From Hemiscyllium ocellatum (lineage: Eukaryota), in assembly GCF_020745735.1 (NCBI RefSeq), contig NC_083409.1:20470098-20534097 (forward strand): 64,000 nucleotides of DNA, written 5' to 3'. The notes below the pieces were generated by a model that was not told the origin of the DNA, searched no databases, and saw only the letters and a program-made list of their open reading frames with translations. The position numbers and the translations under genes were made by a program. Shown piece after piece: positions 62,049-64,000 of the stretch (its first letter is position 1; each line of letters starts with the position of its first letter).

Positions 62049-63129
62049 GAGGCCATTCAGCCTATCATGTCTTTGAATGACCCAGTTAATCCCACTGCTC
62101 CCCTCTCTTTCCCCGTAACCCAGCAAATCTTTCCTTTACAGCTCAATCTCCAATTTCCCTCTGACATTCCCTCATGTCCACAGCGTGAGACTGCCCTGAA
62201 CCTGGGCTTCAAATTGGCATTGCATTCATTCATTGGGAGACAAACTGCCTGGGCTGGGAAATGGAACTCAGGATCCTGAACATTCCCTCTCCCCTCCTGA
62301 GGAACACTTCATTTGGTTTTGCATATTCACTTGTGGGAAGTGGGCTTCACCAGCTGGGCCAACATTTTTTACCCTGTCTCTAGTTGCCCTGGAGTAGGTG
62401 GTGGGAAGCTGCCATCTTGAATTGTTATCGTCCACAAGCTGTAAGTTGACCCACAATGCCAGCATTTTGACCCAGCAAGGCTGAGGGATCAGCGACATAT
62501 TTCCAAGTCCGGATGCTAAGCTTTTTCGAGGGGAACTTGCAGCTCACAGTGTTCCCATGTATCTGCTGCTCTTGTTCTAAATGGAAGTGAACGTGGGTTT
62601 GGAGGGAAACCAAAAGAACTGCAGATGCTGTAAATCTGAGACAAAAATAGAAAGTGCTGAAAAAGCTCAGCAGGTCTGGCAGCATCTGTGAAGAGAAATC
62701 AGAGTTAATATTTCATGCTCAACCCGAAATGTTTACACTGATTTCTCTCCAAGATGCTGCCAGACCTGCTGAGCTTTTCCTGAAATTTCTACTTTTGTCC
62801 ATGGGTTTGGAAGGTGCTACCTGAAGATCAGTGATGAATTTCTGCAGTGCATCTTATCGATAATACACACTGCTGCTATGGAGCGTCAGTGACAGTGAGT
62901 TTGGATGCTTTGAGAATGCGATGCCAATCAAGGAGTTTGCTTTGCTCTGGATGGTATCAAGCTTTTTGAGTGGATAAGAAAGACATAGGATACAATAGAC
63001 AGAGATAGGAAAGGTTTCAAGGGATATGTGTGAAATGCAGGCAAATAAGATGAGTTCACTTCAGAAAACCTGGTCAGCATGTAGAAGTTTGGCTTAAGGG
63101 TTTGTTTCTGTGCTGTATGACTCTGTGAC

Positions 63130-64000
63130 ACTATCAATCTATGAATGTTGTTGGAGCTGAACCTGTCCAGGCAAGTGGGGAGTATTTGCTCACACTCCTG
63201 ACTTGGTTGACAGGTTTTGGGGGGATCAGTAGGTGAGTTACTCGATGCAGTATTCCGAGCCTCTAACTTGCTCTTGTCACCACTGTGTTTCTTTGGTGAA
63301 TCCAGTTGTGTTTCTGGTCAATGGCACCTCAAGAATGTTGATAGTGGGGATTCAGTGATGGGAATAGCATTGATTGTCAAGGGGCGATGTTTAGATTGTC
63401 TCTTATTGGTGATGGTGATTGGCTGGCATTTGCATGGCACCAATGGGAAATGTCACTTCTCAGACAAAACCTGGATATTGTCCAGATATTGTTGCATTTG
63501 CACGTGGACTGCTTCAGTATCTGAGGAGTTGGGAAGAGTGCTGAACATTGTGCAATACGAGTTTGCCTTGAGTTGCAATATCTGTTCGGAGTCTGTCCTA
63601 TTTAGTACGGTGATAGTACCACACAACACAATGGAGGGGATTCTCAATGTGAAGGTCAGACTTTGTTTCCAGAAGGACTGTGTGATGGTCACTCTTACCA
63701 ATACTGTCAAGGATAGATGCATCTACAGCCACAAGATTGGTGAGGATGGGGTCAAGCATCTTTTTCCATCTTTTTGGTTCCAGCTGCAGAGCCAGTCCCT
63801 CAGCTACATCCATGAGGAACCAACCAGCTCGATCAGTAATGCTGCTGCCAAGCCACTCTCAGTGGTGGGCATTGAAACCCCCCACCCAGAGTACACTCTC
63901 TGCTGTCATCATCCTCAGTGCTTCCTCCAAATGTTGTTCAACATCCAGGAGAGACTGATACATCAGCCGAGGGAGCAAGATATCTTGTAATCACCAGGAG
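63130..64000 (-). mobile_element. L2/Crack-like LINE endonuclease fragment
   Basis: KKMLDPILTNLVAVDASILDSIGKSDHHTVLLETKSDLHIE; 3' fragments of the same family at ~840-1205, ~7620-7940, ~16516-16880, ~20750-20870 and ~62260-62970. Confidence 0.7.

Noticed and set aside
63217-63990. Longest ORF in the window (257 aa)
   Set aside because: Antisense shadow of a minus-strand LINE endonuclease fragment.

Overview
Eukaryotic, TE-dense genomic DNA from a cartilaginous fish (inferred from the shark-type HE1-like SINEs, CR1 LINEs and the Ig sequence; the genus cannot be fixed from sequence alone). The only clearly host-coding locus is one complete, unrearranged, apparently functional immunoglobulin kappa (shark type III/NS4-like) light-chain cluster on the minus strand: promoter (~31.6 kb), leader 31453-31501, V 30968-31266 with 12-RSS, J 30459-30493 with 23-RSS, a ~9.8 kb J-C intron, C 20297-20625 and a poly(A) signal at 19764. 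The rest is mostly decayed CR1 and L2/Crack-like LINEs, HE1-like and Deu-domain SINEs, Penelope-like elements carrying hammerhead-ribozyme motifs, and one SCAN-bearing Gmr1-type Gypsy relic. Most ORFs in the supplied track are LINE fragments or their antisense shadows. The main structure these features do not explain is mirror symmetry on both sides of the cluster. Downstream, 1-~5790 is an old inverted duplicate of ~8865-18200 and runs off the window edge. Upstream, 36592-37490 is an inverted duplicate of 61130-62048. Each mirror contains a short island far better conserved than its flanks. One is a ~260 bp non-TE element with PU.1/IRF (EICE), E-box, RUNX, MEF2 and CCAAT motifs. The other is a Deu-SINE relic bearing a CTCF motif, giving a convergent pair. 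Together these suggest alternating head-to-head/tail-to-tail kappa clusters with shared regulatory modules. Identity figures are hand estimates, TE boundaries are approximate, and all regulatory calls are motif-based hypotheses.
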